Shown: positions 37,816-48,063, counted from the stretch's first letter. The stretch: DNA of 54,707 bases from a virus (IMGVR_UViG_3300020455_000018:1-54707); one strand, 5' to 3'. The notes: generated by a model from the letters alone, not told the origin. Translations and numbers: made by a program.

Positions 37816-37844
37816 TTGCAAATAACATGGGGTATACTTATATT
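37816..37844 (+). promoter_or_regulatory. sigma70-type promoter TTGCAA-N17-TATATT for the packaging/late block
   Basis: Canonical spacing, upstream of AAGGAG RBS. Confidence 0.7.
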
Positions 37845-37866
37845 ATATAGAAACAAAGGAGTCTGT

Positions 37867-38061
37867 ATGACGATAACTAGTAAAGATTTAGGTGGCGGCA
37901 ATGCTCTAACTGGAGTAGCTAGAAAAGAGCAAGAAGATAAACTTCGTAAAGAACAAAAGATAAATGAAAAATTGTTAGCTGCTGCAATTCTAAAAGTTAA
38001 AGAAGAACAAAGTAAACAATTAAAGAAAAAGAAAGAACCAAAGAAAAAGAAATCTACATAA
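37867..38061 (+). CDS. Small basic protein
   Basis: AAGGAG RBS before ATG 37867; Lys-rich tail. Confidence 0.7.
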   Translation: MTITSKDLGGGNALTGVARKEQEDKLRKEQKINEKLLAAAILKVKEEQSKQLKKKKEPKKKKST

Positions 38062-38129
38062 TCTACTATTATCTATTAGTATCTGCGATAGCTACGTAGA
38101 TTACTTGAAGATAAAGTGTTTTATGTATT

Positions 38130-38426
38130 ATGTCAAGGAAAAAATGTATGGGTACATCAATTAATTGGTTAGCTAGGTTATCACAAGAGGACCAGGAACG
38201 AATCTTGGGACATATTGAACGCTTGGTTAAATTAGAAAGGATATTGTCTAAACAGATTCTAGAAGATGAAGATATGACAATGGAATATGTTGAAAATGAT
38301 GGCGATGCTGACGAAGGAACTAATAGTGTACCCATAGAAATCAATGGTAGAAAATATTTTATACACAAAGATGTTATGTATTTAATAGAATCTTTACACA
38401 AACAATTAGCAAAACGTGGAAAGTAA
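38130..38426 (+). CDS. Hypothetical protein
   Basis: 98 aa, overlaps next gene. Confidence 0.65.
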   Translation: MSRKKCMGTSINWLARLSQEDQERILGHIERLVKLERILSKQILEDEDMTMEYVENDGDADEGTNSVPIEINGRKYFIHKDVMYLIESLHKQLAKRGK

Positions 38427-39198
38427 AAAAATTAAACACGTAAGACATTACGTCTATGATACAAAAAAAGAGTTTTTAAAGGACCATCCCAAAGGGATAC
38501 TTCACTCCGAATGGAGAGATGCTAAACAAGGTGATTGGGTTAAGAGTGATGATGGTCGTATTGTCCAACTTTTAAAGGTTTCCAGTAATCTATCGCATCC
38601 AAAAGATTCTAAAAACTATAAACAATCTAAAGGCTATGTAAGAACGATAGTTGGAACATTTATCAATTCTAAGAAAACTTACATGGACACGGACTTTGAA
38701 AAACACCCGAATCGCTACACATTTAGCACTAAAATCAAGAATACTTCTAGTAGGGTAAAGGAGAGGTCCAAATGTACAAACAGGGAGAAAATTTTCGCCA
38801 CTAGCGTGGCAGTAGGAAAAGACGCTGTGAATGCTTATATGAAAGCATTTACTGAAAAAAATCGTAATACGGCTAGAAAAAAAGCTGTAATATTACTAAA
38901 ACAGGAGCGAGTAATGAGTGAGATAGAAAAAACTTCAAAAGAGATAGCTAAAGAGCTAGGGATTGACCATGCATATATATTAGGTTCCCTAAAACAATTA
39001 GCTGATACAAGTGAAGACCAAAATATTGCATTGCAATCTTTAAAAGAACTAGGAAAAGCAATCGGTACGCTAGGTAATCAAGTTAAAAAAATAGAAACTG
39101 GAGTAGTTGGAATGTTCCAAGGATTTAGTCCTGAAGAAATAGAAGGAGCATCAAGAGCTATACTTCCAGAAACAACTTCCGAGGAGGAGAGAAAATGA
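38416..39198 (+). CDS. Probable terminase small subunit
   Basis: C-terminal HTH-like region (AYMKAF...AVILLK..RV) and ALQSLKELGKAIG helix; upstream of TerL. Confidence 0.55.
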   Translation: MESKKIKHVRHYVYDTKKEFLKDHPKGILHSEWRDAKQGDWVKSDDGRIVQLLKVSSNLSHPKDSKNYKQSKGYVRTIVGTFINSKKTYMDTDFEKHPNRYTFSTKIKNTSSRVKERSKCTNREKIFATSVAVGKDAVNAYMKAFTEKNRNTARKKAVILLKQERVMSEIEKTSKEIAKELGIDHAYILGSLKQLADTSEDQNIALQSLKELGKAIGTLGNQVKKIETGVVGMFQGFSPEEIEGASRAILPETTSEEERK

Positions 39199-40079
39199 TA
39201 TGTCCACATTGTAGTAGTATGTTGACAAAAAAAGAAGGTAAAAAACGCAACAAAAATACCGTTAAACAACAATTTAGCTGTAAGTCTTGCGGAAAATGGT
39301 TTTCCATACCAATACCTTCTGATGTAAAAGAATACGACAAGAAGCACATAGAGCCAGGAAAATTATTTCAAGTAAAAAGTGATGAAAAACTACGAATACA
39401 CGGATTGACGGATATACACGTAGGAGCACACGAATTTGATTTGAAAAAATTTCAAGAGGCAATCAAAATTATATATGAAGACCCAAATGCACGATGGTTT
39501 GGTAATGGAGATATGATAGAACTGATTCCCCCTAATTATAAAATAAATCAAAGAGGGCAAAGTATTCCACCAGAAGAGCAATATTTAAGCTTTTTAAAAC
39601 TGGTACAACCCATACAGGATAAGTGCCTATTTATAAGAGGAGGGAATCACGACTATCTAAGAAGTTTTAATATATTAGATTTTGATGTATGTAAGACTTT
39701 AGCAAGTGAAATGGATGTTCCATATTTCAGATTGCCTGGATACGCACAAATAACTATTGGCGACAAAGATTGGTTTCTTGTTAGTGGACACGGAAAAAGT
39801 GGAGCTAAAAATGGAGACACAGAATTGGATAAAATGGCTTCGGTTTATTCTGATGGAGATGTATACTTTTTAGGACATAATCATCAATTGTATTGTAAGC
39901 CAATTGATTCATTGACAATAGAAGACGGAGAAGAAAGTCTAAAACGAAAATGGTATGTAAGAGGAGGGTCGTTCCTCAGATACGCAGACTATGCTCGTTA
40001 TAGCTTCTATGGAATTCAACGTACGGGTTGGATTACTATGGAATTTACTAAAGATAAAATAAACTGTTGGGAGAATTAA
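39195..40079 (+). CDS. Zn-ribbon plus calcineurin-like metallophosphoesterase
   Basis: CPHC...CKSC; DIHVG, GD, GNHD, HG, GHNH motifs. Confidence 0.88.
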   Translation: MICPHCSSMLTKKEGKKRNKNTVKQQFSCKSCGKWFSIPIPSDVKEYDKKHIEPGKLFQVKSDEKLRIHGLTDIHVGAHEFDLKKFQEAIKIIYEDPNARWFGNGDMIELIPPNYKINQRGQSIPPEEQYLSFLKLVQPIQDKCLFIRGGNHDYLRSFNILDFDVCKTLASEMDVPYFRLPGYAQITIGDKDWFLVSGHGKSGAKNGDTELDKMASVYSDGDVYFLGHNHQLYCKPIDSLTIEDGEESLKRKWYVRGGSFLRYADYARYSFYGIQRTGWITMEFTKDKINCWEN

Positions 40080-40080
40080 A

Positions 40081-40182
40081 ATGCCAAAAGTAGGAAAAAA
40101 AACATATTCGTACACTAAAGCTGGTAAAGCAGCAGCTAAAAAAGCTATGAATAAATTAAAGAAAAAGAAGAAAAAGAAATAA
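40081..40182 (+). CDS. 33-aa Lys-rich peptide (MPKVGKKTYSYTKAGKAAAKK...)
   Basis: GGAG RBS; not in ORF track. Confidence 0.7.
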   Translation: MPKVGKKTYSYTKAGKAAAKKAMNKLKKKKKKK

Positions 40183-40323
40183 ATGAGAAGAAGAATATTC
40201 GGAACCTTTGTAAAAAGGGTTAAAAGAAAAAAGAAGACTAGACAAGGTATGAGTAATAATACTAAATACTATACTAAAGAAAGTCCAAACTATAAAAAAA
40301 GAAAGGTAGGTCAAGGTGGCTAA
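40183..40323 (+). CDS. 46-aa Arg/Lys-rich peptide
   Basis: Abuts upstream stop, overlaps downstream start. Confidence 0.62.
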   Translation: MRRRIFGTFVKRVKRKKKTRQGMSNNTKYYTKESPNYKKRKVGQGG

Positions 40324-40564
40324 AAGAAATAAACCTACATTATCTAAGCATGATTTAGTAAGAGCAATTAAAGAAATAACTATGCAAATAGATATGCTCT
40401 ATAGACATGTAACTATGATAGATAATGTTTTAGATAAATACATTCATATGAATAAAGATGAAAATAAATTAAAAAAATATATGGAAGATTTATTAGAAAA
40501 GAAAAAAAATGAACAAAATACAAAACATAAGCAAAGCGGAAGAAGCGCTAAGACTAGCAAGTAA
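40316..40564 (+). CDS. Hypothetical protein
   Basis: GTG start, operon overlap. Confidence 0.65.
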   Translation: MAKRNKPTLSKHDLVRAIKEITMQIDMLYRHVTMIDNVLDKYIHMNKDENKLKKYMEDLLEKKKNEQNTKHKQSGRSAKTSK

Positions 40565-42080
40565 AGATATGATTGCATTTGGGAAGTTATTTCTTCCTGA
40601 TGATTTTATGCGAAGTGAAACACCTCCATTTCATTATGAAATGGCTGATGCTATTGATAACCCAGAAGTTAAACAATTAGCAGTTATTTTACCTCGTGGT
40701 CATGGAAAAACTGTGCTTACTAAATGCTCAATTATTAAAGACTTTTGTTTTTGCCCTAAAGACGATATGCTATTTTATGCATGGGTATCTGCTACGCAAA
40801 AACTTAGTACTGGTAATATGGACTATATTAAATATCATTTTGAATTTAACGATAAAATAAAATATTATTTTGGTAATATGAAAGGGAAAAAATGGACAGA
40901 AGAAGATGTGGAGTTAACCAATGGATGTAAACTCATTAGTAAATCAAATGTTGCGGGTATTAGAGGAGGTGCTAAATTGCATAAAAGATACGACCTCATC
41001 ATACTTGACGACTTCGAACACGAAGCAAATACTATTACGGCTGAAGCAAGGTCTAAAAACAGTAACCTCGTTACTGCTGTTGTTTATCCTGCTATTGAGC
41101 CTCATACTGGTCGTCTTAGGGTCAATGGTACTCCTGTGCATTATGATAGCTTCATCAATAATCTTATCGTTAATTATGAACGTCAAGGAGAAAACCAAAA
41201 AGATTTTGCGTGGAGAGTAATTACTTATAAAGCTATATTGCCCGATGGAACTTCTTTGTGGCCTGGTTGGTTTCCATTAGAAAAGTTAGAAGAAAAGAAA
41301 AAATTCTATCAAGATAGTGGAACGCCTTCTAAATTTTTCCAAGAATATATGATGCAAGTACAATCTGAAGAAGATTCTATTTGGACACAAAAACATATAA
41401 AATATTGGGAAGGATATTACGAATATGACGATAATGATAATATAGGGTATATTATAAAAGACGGAGAAAAAATTCCAGTTAATACATTTATTGGATGCGA
41501 CCCAGCTACAGATATTGATACAAAAGAATCAGATTTTAGTGTTATTATGGTTATTGCAGTTGATGCAAATAATAATCGTTATGTATTAGAATATGAAAGA
41601 CATAGAAGTATTCCTACATTAGGAGCAAAAAATGTAGACGGAAAAATATTTGACAAAAAAGGCGTAGTAGATTATATTATTGAACTGTATCAAAAATACA
41701 ATTGTAGTAGCGCAACAGTAGAAGATGTAGCTATGAATCGTAGTGTTTTTCAAGCTCTTAATGATGAAAGGAGGAGAATTAATCGTTACGATATTAGCGT
41801 AATTCCTGAAAAACCAGGGGGAACACAGAAAAGAAATAGAATTTATTCAGGTTTATCTGGCATTTTTAGCGTAGGTTCTTTATATTTTAGGGAAAATATG
41901 TTTGATTTAATTAATGAAATCATTACATTTGGACCAAGAATGGCTCATGATGATACAATTGAGGGACTATATTATGCTAATTTACACGCTTTTCCTCCTA
42001 ATTATAAGTCTGATGGAGCAAAAAATAAACCAAAATGGTACAAACCAAAAAGAAAAGCAAAAAGTTGGTTAGTAGCTTAA
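40509..42080 (+). CDS. terL: Terminase large subunit
   Basis: Walker A PRGHGKT, Walker B IILDDFE, GTP coupling motif, nuclease GCDPA and HDD. Confidence 0.95.
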   Translation: MNKIQNISKAEEALRLASKDMIAFGKLFLPDDFMRSETPPFHYEMADAIDNPEVKQLAVILPRGHGKTVLTKCSIIKDFCFCPKDDMLFYAWVSATQKLSTGNMDYIKYHFEFNDKIKYYFGNMKGKKWTEEDVELTNGCKLISKSNVAGIRGGAKLHKRYDLIILDDFEHEANTITAEARSKNSNLVTAVVYPAIEPHTGRLRVNGTPVHYDSFINNLIVNYERQGENQKDFAWRVITYKAILPDGTSLWPGWFPLEKLEEKKKFYQDSGTPSKFFQEYMMQVQSEEDSIWTQKHIKYWEGYYEYDDNDNIGYIIKDGEKIPVNTFIGCDPATDIDTKESDFSVIMVIAVDANNNRYVLEYERHRSIPTLGAKNVDGKIFDKKGVVDYIIELYQKYNCSSATVEDVAMNRSVFQALNDERRRINRYDISVIPEKPGGTQKRNRIYSGLSGIFSVGSLYFRENMFDLINEIITFGPRMAHDDTIEGLYYANLHAFPPNYKSDGAKNKPKWYKPKRKAKSWLVA

Positions 42081-42093
42081 AGGAGAAAGAAAG

Positions 42094-42309
42094 ATGTGGG
42101 CAATATTTAAAGATAAAAACGAATATAATGAAAAATCTATTATTGGATTTATTTCTTTTGCACTTATGTGTGTATTTGGAGTTGTAGATTTAGTAACAGG
42201 TTTATTAGGACAAGAAATTATAATTAATGATAATATTTACAACTCTTTTGTTTGGGTAACATTAGGTTCGTTTGGAATTGCTGGAGCAGAAAAAGTTTAT
42301 AAAAAATAA
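42094..42309 (+). CDS. Small 2-TM protein (holin-like)
   Basis: Two hydrophobic helices; near endolysin. Confidence 0.6.
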   Translation: MWAIFKDKNEYNEKSIIGFISFALMCVFGVVDLVTGLLGQEIIINDNIYNSFVWVTLGSFGIAGAEKVYKK

Positions 42310-42319
42310 GGAATAAATT

Positions 42320-42787
42320 ATGCCAAAAAACTCACAATACGCAGGAGAAACAAAACAAGATTTTCAAAATAGAATGGCTAAACAAGAAGAGCCTAGCTAC
42401 ATTGTTGCTAAAGAAGATAGAGAAGGACATAAAGAATATTTGTTTGGAATAGATTTATATAATGGACCAATTGATAGCGAAAATACACCTGAATATCAAC
42501 AAGCAGCACAATTAAACGCAGCTTTAGATGAAAGAGGTTTTGATGATAAGAAAAAAATGCAATATGGATATGGATTAAAAACTGGACAACCTGTAGATTT
42601 AATGTTTACTGGAGAATGGGATGCCTATAATGAGTATGGAGATAATTTTAAAGAACAAATGCCTGCGGAAGAATATGAAGATTTATATGGAAAACCTAGA
42701 CAAAGTTTAGGAGGCAGATTAAAAGGTGCTATAAAAAAAATTGATATAGTAGATAAATTAATGCAAAAATTTGATATGTTAAAATAA
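42320..42787 (+). CDS. Hypothetical protein
   Basis: AAGGA RBS, 155 aa. Confidence 0.7.
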   Translation: MPKNSQYAGETKQDFQNRMAKQEEPSYIVAKEDREGHKEYLFGIDLYNGPIDSENTPEYQQAAQLNAALDERGFDDKKKMQYGYGLKTGQPVDLMFTGEWDAYNEYGDNFKEQMPAEEYEDLYGKPRQSLGGRLKGAIKKIDIVDKLMQKFDMLK

Positions 42788-43179
42788 TGGCAAGTTTTGG
42801 TAAAAAATCACAAGAAAAATTGAATACTTGCGACCCAAGATTAATTGAACTATTTGAAAAAGTAGTTGAAGATTTTGATTGTACTGTTTTACAAGGACAT
42901 CGTGGGGAAGAAGAACAAAATAGATTATTTGAAGAAGGGTTTAGTAAATTGAAATATCCAAAAGGTAAACATAATCAATATCCGTCATTAGCTGTAGACG
43001 TTGCTCCTTATCCAATAGATTGGAAAGATAGAGAAAGATTTACGTATTTTGCTGGTTTTGTTATGGGTATTGCAGCTTCAATGGGACTTATTGTTCGTTG
43101 GGGTGGAGATTGGGATAGAGATACAGAATTAAAAGATAATAATTTTGATGATTTACCACATTTTGAAATAAGGGATTAA
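42787..43179 (+). CDS. Endolysin, peptidase M15 (L-Ala-D-Glu peptidase, T5-like)
   Basis: GHR..EEQ, KHN, AVD, RWGGDW, D.PHFE motifs. Confidence 0.92.
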   Translation: MASFGKKSQEKLNTCDPRLIELFEKVVEDFDCTVLQGHRGEEEQNRLFEEGFSKLKYPKGKHNQYPSLAVDVAPYPIDWKDRERFTYFAGFVMGIAASMGLIVRWGGDWDRDTELKDNNFDDLPHFEIRD

Positions 43180-43180
43180 T

Positions 43181-43312
43181 ATGAGTTTAGTAAGAAATAT
43201 TAATAAAAGAAAAAAAGCTGGAACAAGTAGAAGTAAGGCAAAAAGCACAATTACTAAAAAAGCATATAATAATATGAAAAGTAATTGGGGTAAAAAAAGG
43301 AACAAGAAATAA
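43181..43312 (+). CDS. 43-aa basic peptide (MSLVRNINKRKKAGTSRSK...)
   Basis: Fills the gap; TAATG coupling to portal; not in ORF track. Confidence 0.7.
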   Translation: MSLVRNINKRKKAGTSRSKAKSTITKKAYNNMKSNWGKKRNKK

Positions 43313-45540
43313 TGGCTAAACGAGGAAGAAAAAATAAAGCTGACATAAATAAACATTTGTTTAATAAAGCAAATAATTATTATAGAAAAAAATGGTTTAC
43401 TGACTCACAATTAAGTATGGATTTTTATTTAAATGAGCAATTAACTCATGATGAAAAAAATGAATTACAAGAATCTGGTATGCCAGATTTTATTATTAAT
43501 AGAATATCTCCAGCAATAGATATTATGAAATTTTTTATTACAGCTAACAATCCTAGATGGCAAGCAATTGGAACAGAAGGTAGCGATATAGATATAGCAA
43601 ATGTTCACAGTTCTATAGCTGAATATTGTTGGCATTTATCTAATGGTAAAAGTTTGTTTGGTCAAGTAATACAAGATTCTTTAGTTAAAGGTATTGGATA
43701 TTTTAAAATAGATGTAGACCCAGATGCAGATGAAGGTGCTGGAGAAGTTGTGTTTGAAAATGTAGATGCTTACGATGTTTATGTAGACCCTATGAGTAGA
43801 GATTTTTTATTTCGTGACGCTAGTTATGTAATAATACAAAAAAATATTTCAAAAACAGCTTTAGTTAAATTATTTCCACAATATAAAAGAAAAATTGTAA
43901 GAGCTAGCGGTCAAACTCAAAGTAAACAATATTCTTTAAGAAATGTACACGATTCAGAAACAATACAACCAGGAGATGTAGAATATGAAGCATATACATT
44001 AGAAGGAGAACAAGATGAAATTCTAGATTTTTACGAAGTATATTCTAAGGAAAAAATTCCTTTTGTAAACGTATTTGCAAAACAACCTCCTTCTCCTGAA
44101 GAAGTTGCATTAATTAAAGAACAAGCTAAAGAACAAATGGAAAATGTCGCAGCTGAATTGCAAGTATCTGCAAAAGAAAAAGAATTAGAATTGCAACAAT
44201 TAGTTCAAGAAGGTGAAATGTTGCCAGAAAGAATGCAGTTAGAACTTACAAAAATACAAAAACAACAAGAAGCGCAATTAGCAGAACAACAAGCAATTAT
44301 AGAAGCTGAACTTACAGAATTAAACACGAGAACAGTTCAACAAGTTATGGAAAAATCTAAATTTGAAAAATTATTATTAAATGAAGAATATGCAAAATTA
44401 GTTGTTGACGTTATAAGTTTTTTTAAAACTCAAGTAAAAATGTGTGCTTCGGTTGGTGATATGTATTTATATGAAGCGTTGTTGCCTATAGAAGATTATC
44501 CTATTGTTCCAATAGTTTATAATCATACTGGTACACCATATCCCGTAGGAGCTGTAACTCCTATGATTGGTAAACAAAGAGAAATTAATAAAGCTCATCA
44601 AATTATGTTACATAATGCAAATTTAGCTTCTAGTCTTAGATGGTTATATACTGAAGGAAGTGTAGATGAAGAAGAATGGGAAAAATATTCAAGTTCTCCT
44701 GGAGCTATGTTAAAATATAGACAAGGATTTGAAGTTCCAACAGCTATACAACCAGCTCCTATAAATAATGCTTTTTATAATATTACGCAACAAGGTAAAC
44801 AAGATATAGAATATATTAGTGGAGTAGCATCTAGTATGCAAGGAGTTGGAGACCAAAGTCACGAAACTTATCGTGGTATGTTAGCTATGGATGAATATGG
44901 AACTAGAAGAGTAAGACAATGGGTAAATAATTGCGTAGAACCAGCATTAGAACATATAGGAAAAATATTTAGAGATATTGCTCAATATACCTATACTGCC
45001 CAAAAAGTTTTTAGAATAGTTCAACCAGAAGCTGGAGCAAGTGAAGCAGAAGTAAAAGAAGTTTCTATTAATATTCCAATATATAATGATTTTGGTAAAG
45101 TAATTAATAGATGGAATGATTTTCAATCAGCAAAATACGATGTAAGAATTGTAGCAGGTTCTACACAGCCAGTTAATCGTTGGGCTTTGTTAGACGAATA
45201 TTTTAAATGGTATCAAGCTGGATTAATTGACGATGTTGCTATGATTGAACAAACTGATATTAAAAATAAAAAAGCTTTATTAGAAAGAAAGAGTGTTTAT
45301 TCTCAAATGCAACAACAAATTGCTTCTATGGAAGAGCAAATGAAAGATAGCCAAGGAACAATTGAAACATTAGAAAGACAATTAGTTCAAGCTGGTATTA
45401 AAGATAAAATTAATGAAGGCTCTAAAGTTATACAAAAATCCGTAGTAGACACAAAAGCTGAACAAAGAATATTACAAAGTAGATTAAATGATATGTATAC
45501 AGAAACTAAAAAAGAACTAGAAACTGAAGAAGATAAATAA
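43312..45540 (+). CDS. Portal protein (P22-like)
   Basis: DFY..EQ.T, INRI.P, DVYVDP, YPIVP, QREINK motifs; C-terminal coiled coil; position. Confidence 0.9.
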   Translation: MAKRGRKNKADINKHLFNKANNYYRKKWFTDSQLSMDFYLNEQLTHDEKNELQESGMPDFIINRISPAIDIMKFFITANNPRWQAIGTEGSDIDIANVHSSIAEYCWHLSNGKSLFGQVIQDSLVKGIGYFKIDVDPDADEGAGEVVFENVDAYDVYVDPMSRDFLFRDASYVIIQKNISKTALVKLFPQYKRKIVRASGQTQSKQYSLRNVHDSETIQPGDVEYEAYTLEGEQDEILDFYEVYSKEKIPFVNVFAKQPPSPEEVALIKEQAKEQMENVAAELQVSAKEKELELQQLVQEGEMLPERMQLELTKIQKQQEAQLAEQQAIIEAELTELNTRTVQQVMEKSKFEKLLLNEEYAKLVVDVISFFKTQVKMCASVGDMYLYEALLPIEDYPIVPIVYNHTGTPYPVGAVTPMIGKQREINKAHQIMLHNANLASSLRWLYTEGSVDEEEWEKYSSSPGAMLKYRQGFEVPTAIQPAPINNAFYNITQQGKQDIEYISGVASSMQGVGDQSHETYRGMLAMDEYGTRRVRQWVNNCVEPALEHIGKIFRDIAQYTYTAQKVFRIVQPEAGASEAEVKEVSINIPIYNDFGKVINRWNDFQSAKYDVRIVAGSTQPVNRWALLDEYFKWYQAGLIDDVAMIEQTDIKNKKALLERKSVYSQMQQQIASMEEQMKDSQGTIETLERQLVQAGIKDKINEGSKVIQKSVVDTKAEQRILQSRLNDMYTETKKELETEEDK

Positions 45541-45543
45541 ATA

Positions 45544-45572
45544 TTGTTAATTAAAAATTATAACTGTAAATT
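45544..45572 (+). promoter_or_regulatory. Candidate promoter TTGTTA-N17-TAAATT for scaffold/capsid genes
   Basis: Canonical spacing in a short intergenic gap before AAGGAG. Confidence 0.45.
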
Positions 45573-45586
45573 AAAAGGAGTACAGT

Positions 45587-46453
45587 ATGAATGAAAATAT
45601 GAACACGGACAACTTACTAGAAGATGATGCTGTTAAAGCAGAAAATTCTGTAACCCCACAGGTAGATGATACTGTGGCTGATGATTTTTTTACTCAGCTT
45701 GACAAACAAGTTATGGGCGAAACACTAGACCAGCCAAAAGTTGAAATGCAAGAGGAAGTTGTACAACAACCTCAAGTAGAGCAACAAGTTGCGCCAGAAA
45801 TGGATGCAACTAATTTGGAAAAGAGATATTCAGATTCTTCTCGAGAAGCAAAGAGACTTAATACTCAATTGCAAGAGATTGAACCTTATATGCCTTTACT
45901 AAATGCAATGAAAGAAGACCCTAATTTAATCACTCACGTGAGAGGTTATTTTGAGGGTGGCGGCTCAGCACCAAAAAGCGTAAAAGAGCAGCTTGGCATA
46001 GATGAAGATTTCGTTTTTGATTATGATGATGCTTTGTCGGACCCAAATTCATCATCTGCAAAGTTGTTTAATGCAACAGTAGATGGAGTAGTACAAAGAA
46101 GGTTAGGTGATTTTGCACAAAAACAATCTGAGCAATCACGTAAAGCTACTGAAGAAGCAGCTTTTAAAAGCAAACACAATGTTTCAGAAGCAGATTACGA
46201 TGATTTAATGGATTATGCAAAATCGCATAAATTAACATTAGAAGATGTTTATTATTTAAAAAACAAGGATAATAGAGACCAACAGGTAGCTCAAAATTCT
46301 AGACAAGAAGTAATAAATCAAATGAAAAATGTTAGACAAATGCCTACAAGTATTGCTTCTAGTGGAAATAGTCCTAAAGAAGAAAAATCAATAGACGATA
46401 GCGTGTTTGACAAGTTGTTAGCTCAAGGTTCTGGGTTAGATAAGTTAATGTAA
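45587..46453 (+). CDS. Capsid scaffolding protein
   Basis: Acidic N-terminus, EKRYSDS..EA..L coiled coil, between portal and capsid. Confidence 0.8.
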   Translation: MNENMNTDNLLEDDAVKAENSVTPQVDDTVADDFFTQLDKQVMGETLDQPKVEMQEEVVQQPQVEQQVAPEMDATNLEKRYSDSSREAKRLNTQLQEIEPYMPLLNAMKEDPNLITHVRGYFEGGGSAPKSVKEQLGIDEDFVFDYDDALSDPNSSSAKLFNATVDGVVQRRLGDFAQKQSEQSRKATEEAAFKSKHNVSEADYDDLMDYAKSHKLTLEDVYYLKNKDNRDQQVAQNSRQEVINQMKNVRQMPTSIASSGNSPKEEKSIDDSVFDKLLAQGSGLDKLM

Positions 46454-46482
46454 ACAAACCCATAAACCCTTAGGAGGTTAAC

Positions 46483-48063
46483 ATGGCTGAACAAGACTAT
46501 CCTGTAGCAAGTCCTATTTTTGGAAGTTACAGTGAAGGGTTAACTGAATCCTATCGTAATGATGTAGCATTGTCTACAGGTGATTTACGTAGAAGATACG
46601 ATTTTAGTGAGAGATTTTCTGAATTGTCTCTTTCTCAAACTCCGTTTTTTAGATTAGTATCAACACTAGCTAAAAAGCCAACGGATGACCCACAATTTAA
46701 ATTCACAGAAAAAAGACACTCTTTTATGAAAAGATACGCATATTGTGTAGGTTTCAGAAAAGCAAGTGGAACAGTAGTAAACGATGCAGCTTTTAAAAAG
46801 CTTGCAGGTGATGCTGTTATTGACGGTGTAGGAAATGAATTACAATTAATATTTGCTTCAGATTATAAATCTGCAGGTAATTTACAAAATGTATATTCAC
46901 AAACTAATGGTGCAATTAAAATTGGTGACGTAGCAACAAGACCTGAATTTTTCCAAAAAGGTCAAGTAATTAAAGTTCCTACTTCATCAACAGCTCAAGG
47001 CGGTGCTCCAACTGACTATATGTTATTTAGAGTAACTGAAGTTAAACCATCAGGTGCAGGTGCAACACTTAACATTGGCGGTGGCTCAATTGCTGCAGCA
47101 GAAGTTATTGAACTTAAAGGAAAGATTTTAAGATTTCCTACTGGTTCTTTAGAAAATGCGGCTATGAGAAGTGACGCTAACGTAGCAGCAGTAGCTTCAT
47201 TAGATATTGCTGAAGACTTAGAAGGTAGAAGAAGTTACGTAGTGGGTAATGCTCACGAAGAAGGTTCTTCTCTAACTAACGAAGAGTGGAAAGACAATCC
47301 ATACTCAACTGGCTATGGACAAACACAAATCTTTAGAACACAATTTGGTATGACAAATACTGCAAGAGCAACAGCTCTAAAGTATGAACCAAATGAGTGG
47401 GCAAGAACGTGGAAAGAAAAGCTAATTGAACACAAATGGGATATTGAACACGCTGGACTATTTAGTACACAAGTTAGTCAAGATTCAATAAATCATACTC
47501 AAGGTGCAGTAGACTATGTTTTAAATTACGGAAACCTATTTTCTTGGACTAGCGCTAAGACTATAGACGATTTCTTACAAGACATGTCTAGATATCAAGA
47601 CCCAAGATACAATCAAGACGCAGCTACAGTATTCTTATGTAGTACTGAAGTTTACACTTGGTTGCATAAACTAGGCGGATTCTTTAAACAGAATCTTGGC
47701 ATTGGTCAAACTAATGCTGGTGCTTCAAATGCTGGAAATCAAGCATTATTTGGCGCAGACCTAGCAGTTACTGGTCGTAAAAAAGTAATGGGATTAGACG
47801 TAACAACTATTACAACAGTATACGGTAGCATGAATGTTGCTAGATGTATTGCTTTAGATGGTTCACACGTTAAAATCTTAGCACTTAACATGAACAATGT
47901 TAAATACAGACCACTAGTTGGTAACGGAGTTAATAGAGACACTTCTATTTATGTCGGAGTTCAAAATTTAGAGAACTCAGGTGTTGATAAGAGAGTTGAT
48001 ATGATTCTAACTGAAGCTGGTTTCGAATACATGATGCCAGAATCACACGCTATTTGGGTATAA
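46483..48063 (+). CDS. Major capsid protein (with large inserted domain)
   Basis: Strong AGGAGG RBS; TPFF, QTQIFRT, EHKWDIE, ILTEAG.E..MPESH motifs; follows scaffold. Confidence 0.88.
   Translation: MAEQDYPVASPIFGSYSEGLTESYRNDVALSTGDLRRRYDFSERFSELSLSQTPFFRLVSTLAKKPTDDPQFKFTEKRHSFMKRYAYCVGFRKASGTVVNDAAFKKLAGDAVIDGVGNELQLIFASDYKSAGNLQNVYSQTNGAIKIGDVATRPEFFQKGQVIKVPTSSTAQGGAPTDYMLFRVTEVKPSGAGATLNIGGGSIAAAEVIELKGKILRFPTGSLENAAMRSDANVAAVASLDIAEDLEGRRSYVVGNAHEEGSSLTNEEWKDNPYSTGYGQTQIFRTQFGMTNTARATALKYEPNEWARTWKEKLIEHKWDIEHAGLFSTQVSQDSINHTQGAVDYVLNYGNLFSWTSAKTIDDFLQDMSRYQDPRYNQDAATVFLCSTEVYTWLHKLGGFFKQNLGIGQTNAGASNAGNQALFGADLAVTGRKKVMGLDVTTITTVYGSMNVARCIALDGSHVKILALNMNNVKYRPLVGNGVNRDTSIYVGVQNLENSGVDKRVDMILTEAGFEYMMPESHAIWV

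Noticed and set aside
37685-37866. Extensions of ORFs 37415..37828 and 37813..38061
   Set aside because: Better RBS-associated starts at 37684 and 37867; the interval is the divergent control region
39195-39310. IS1-like transposase suggested by the Zn ribbon
   Set aside because: Fused to a phosphoesterase; no DDE domain or terminal inverted repeats
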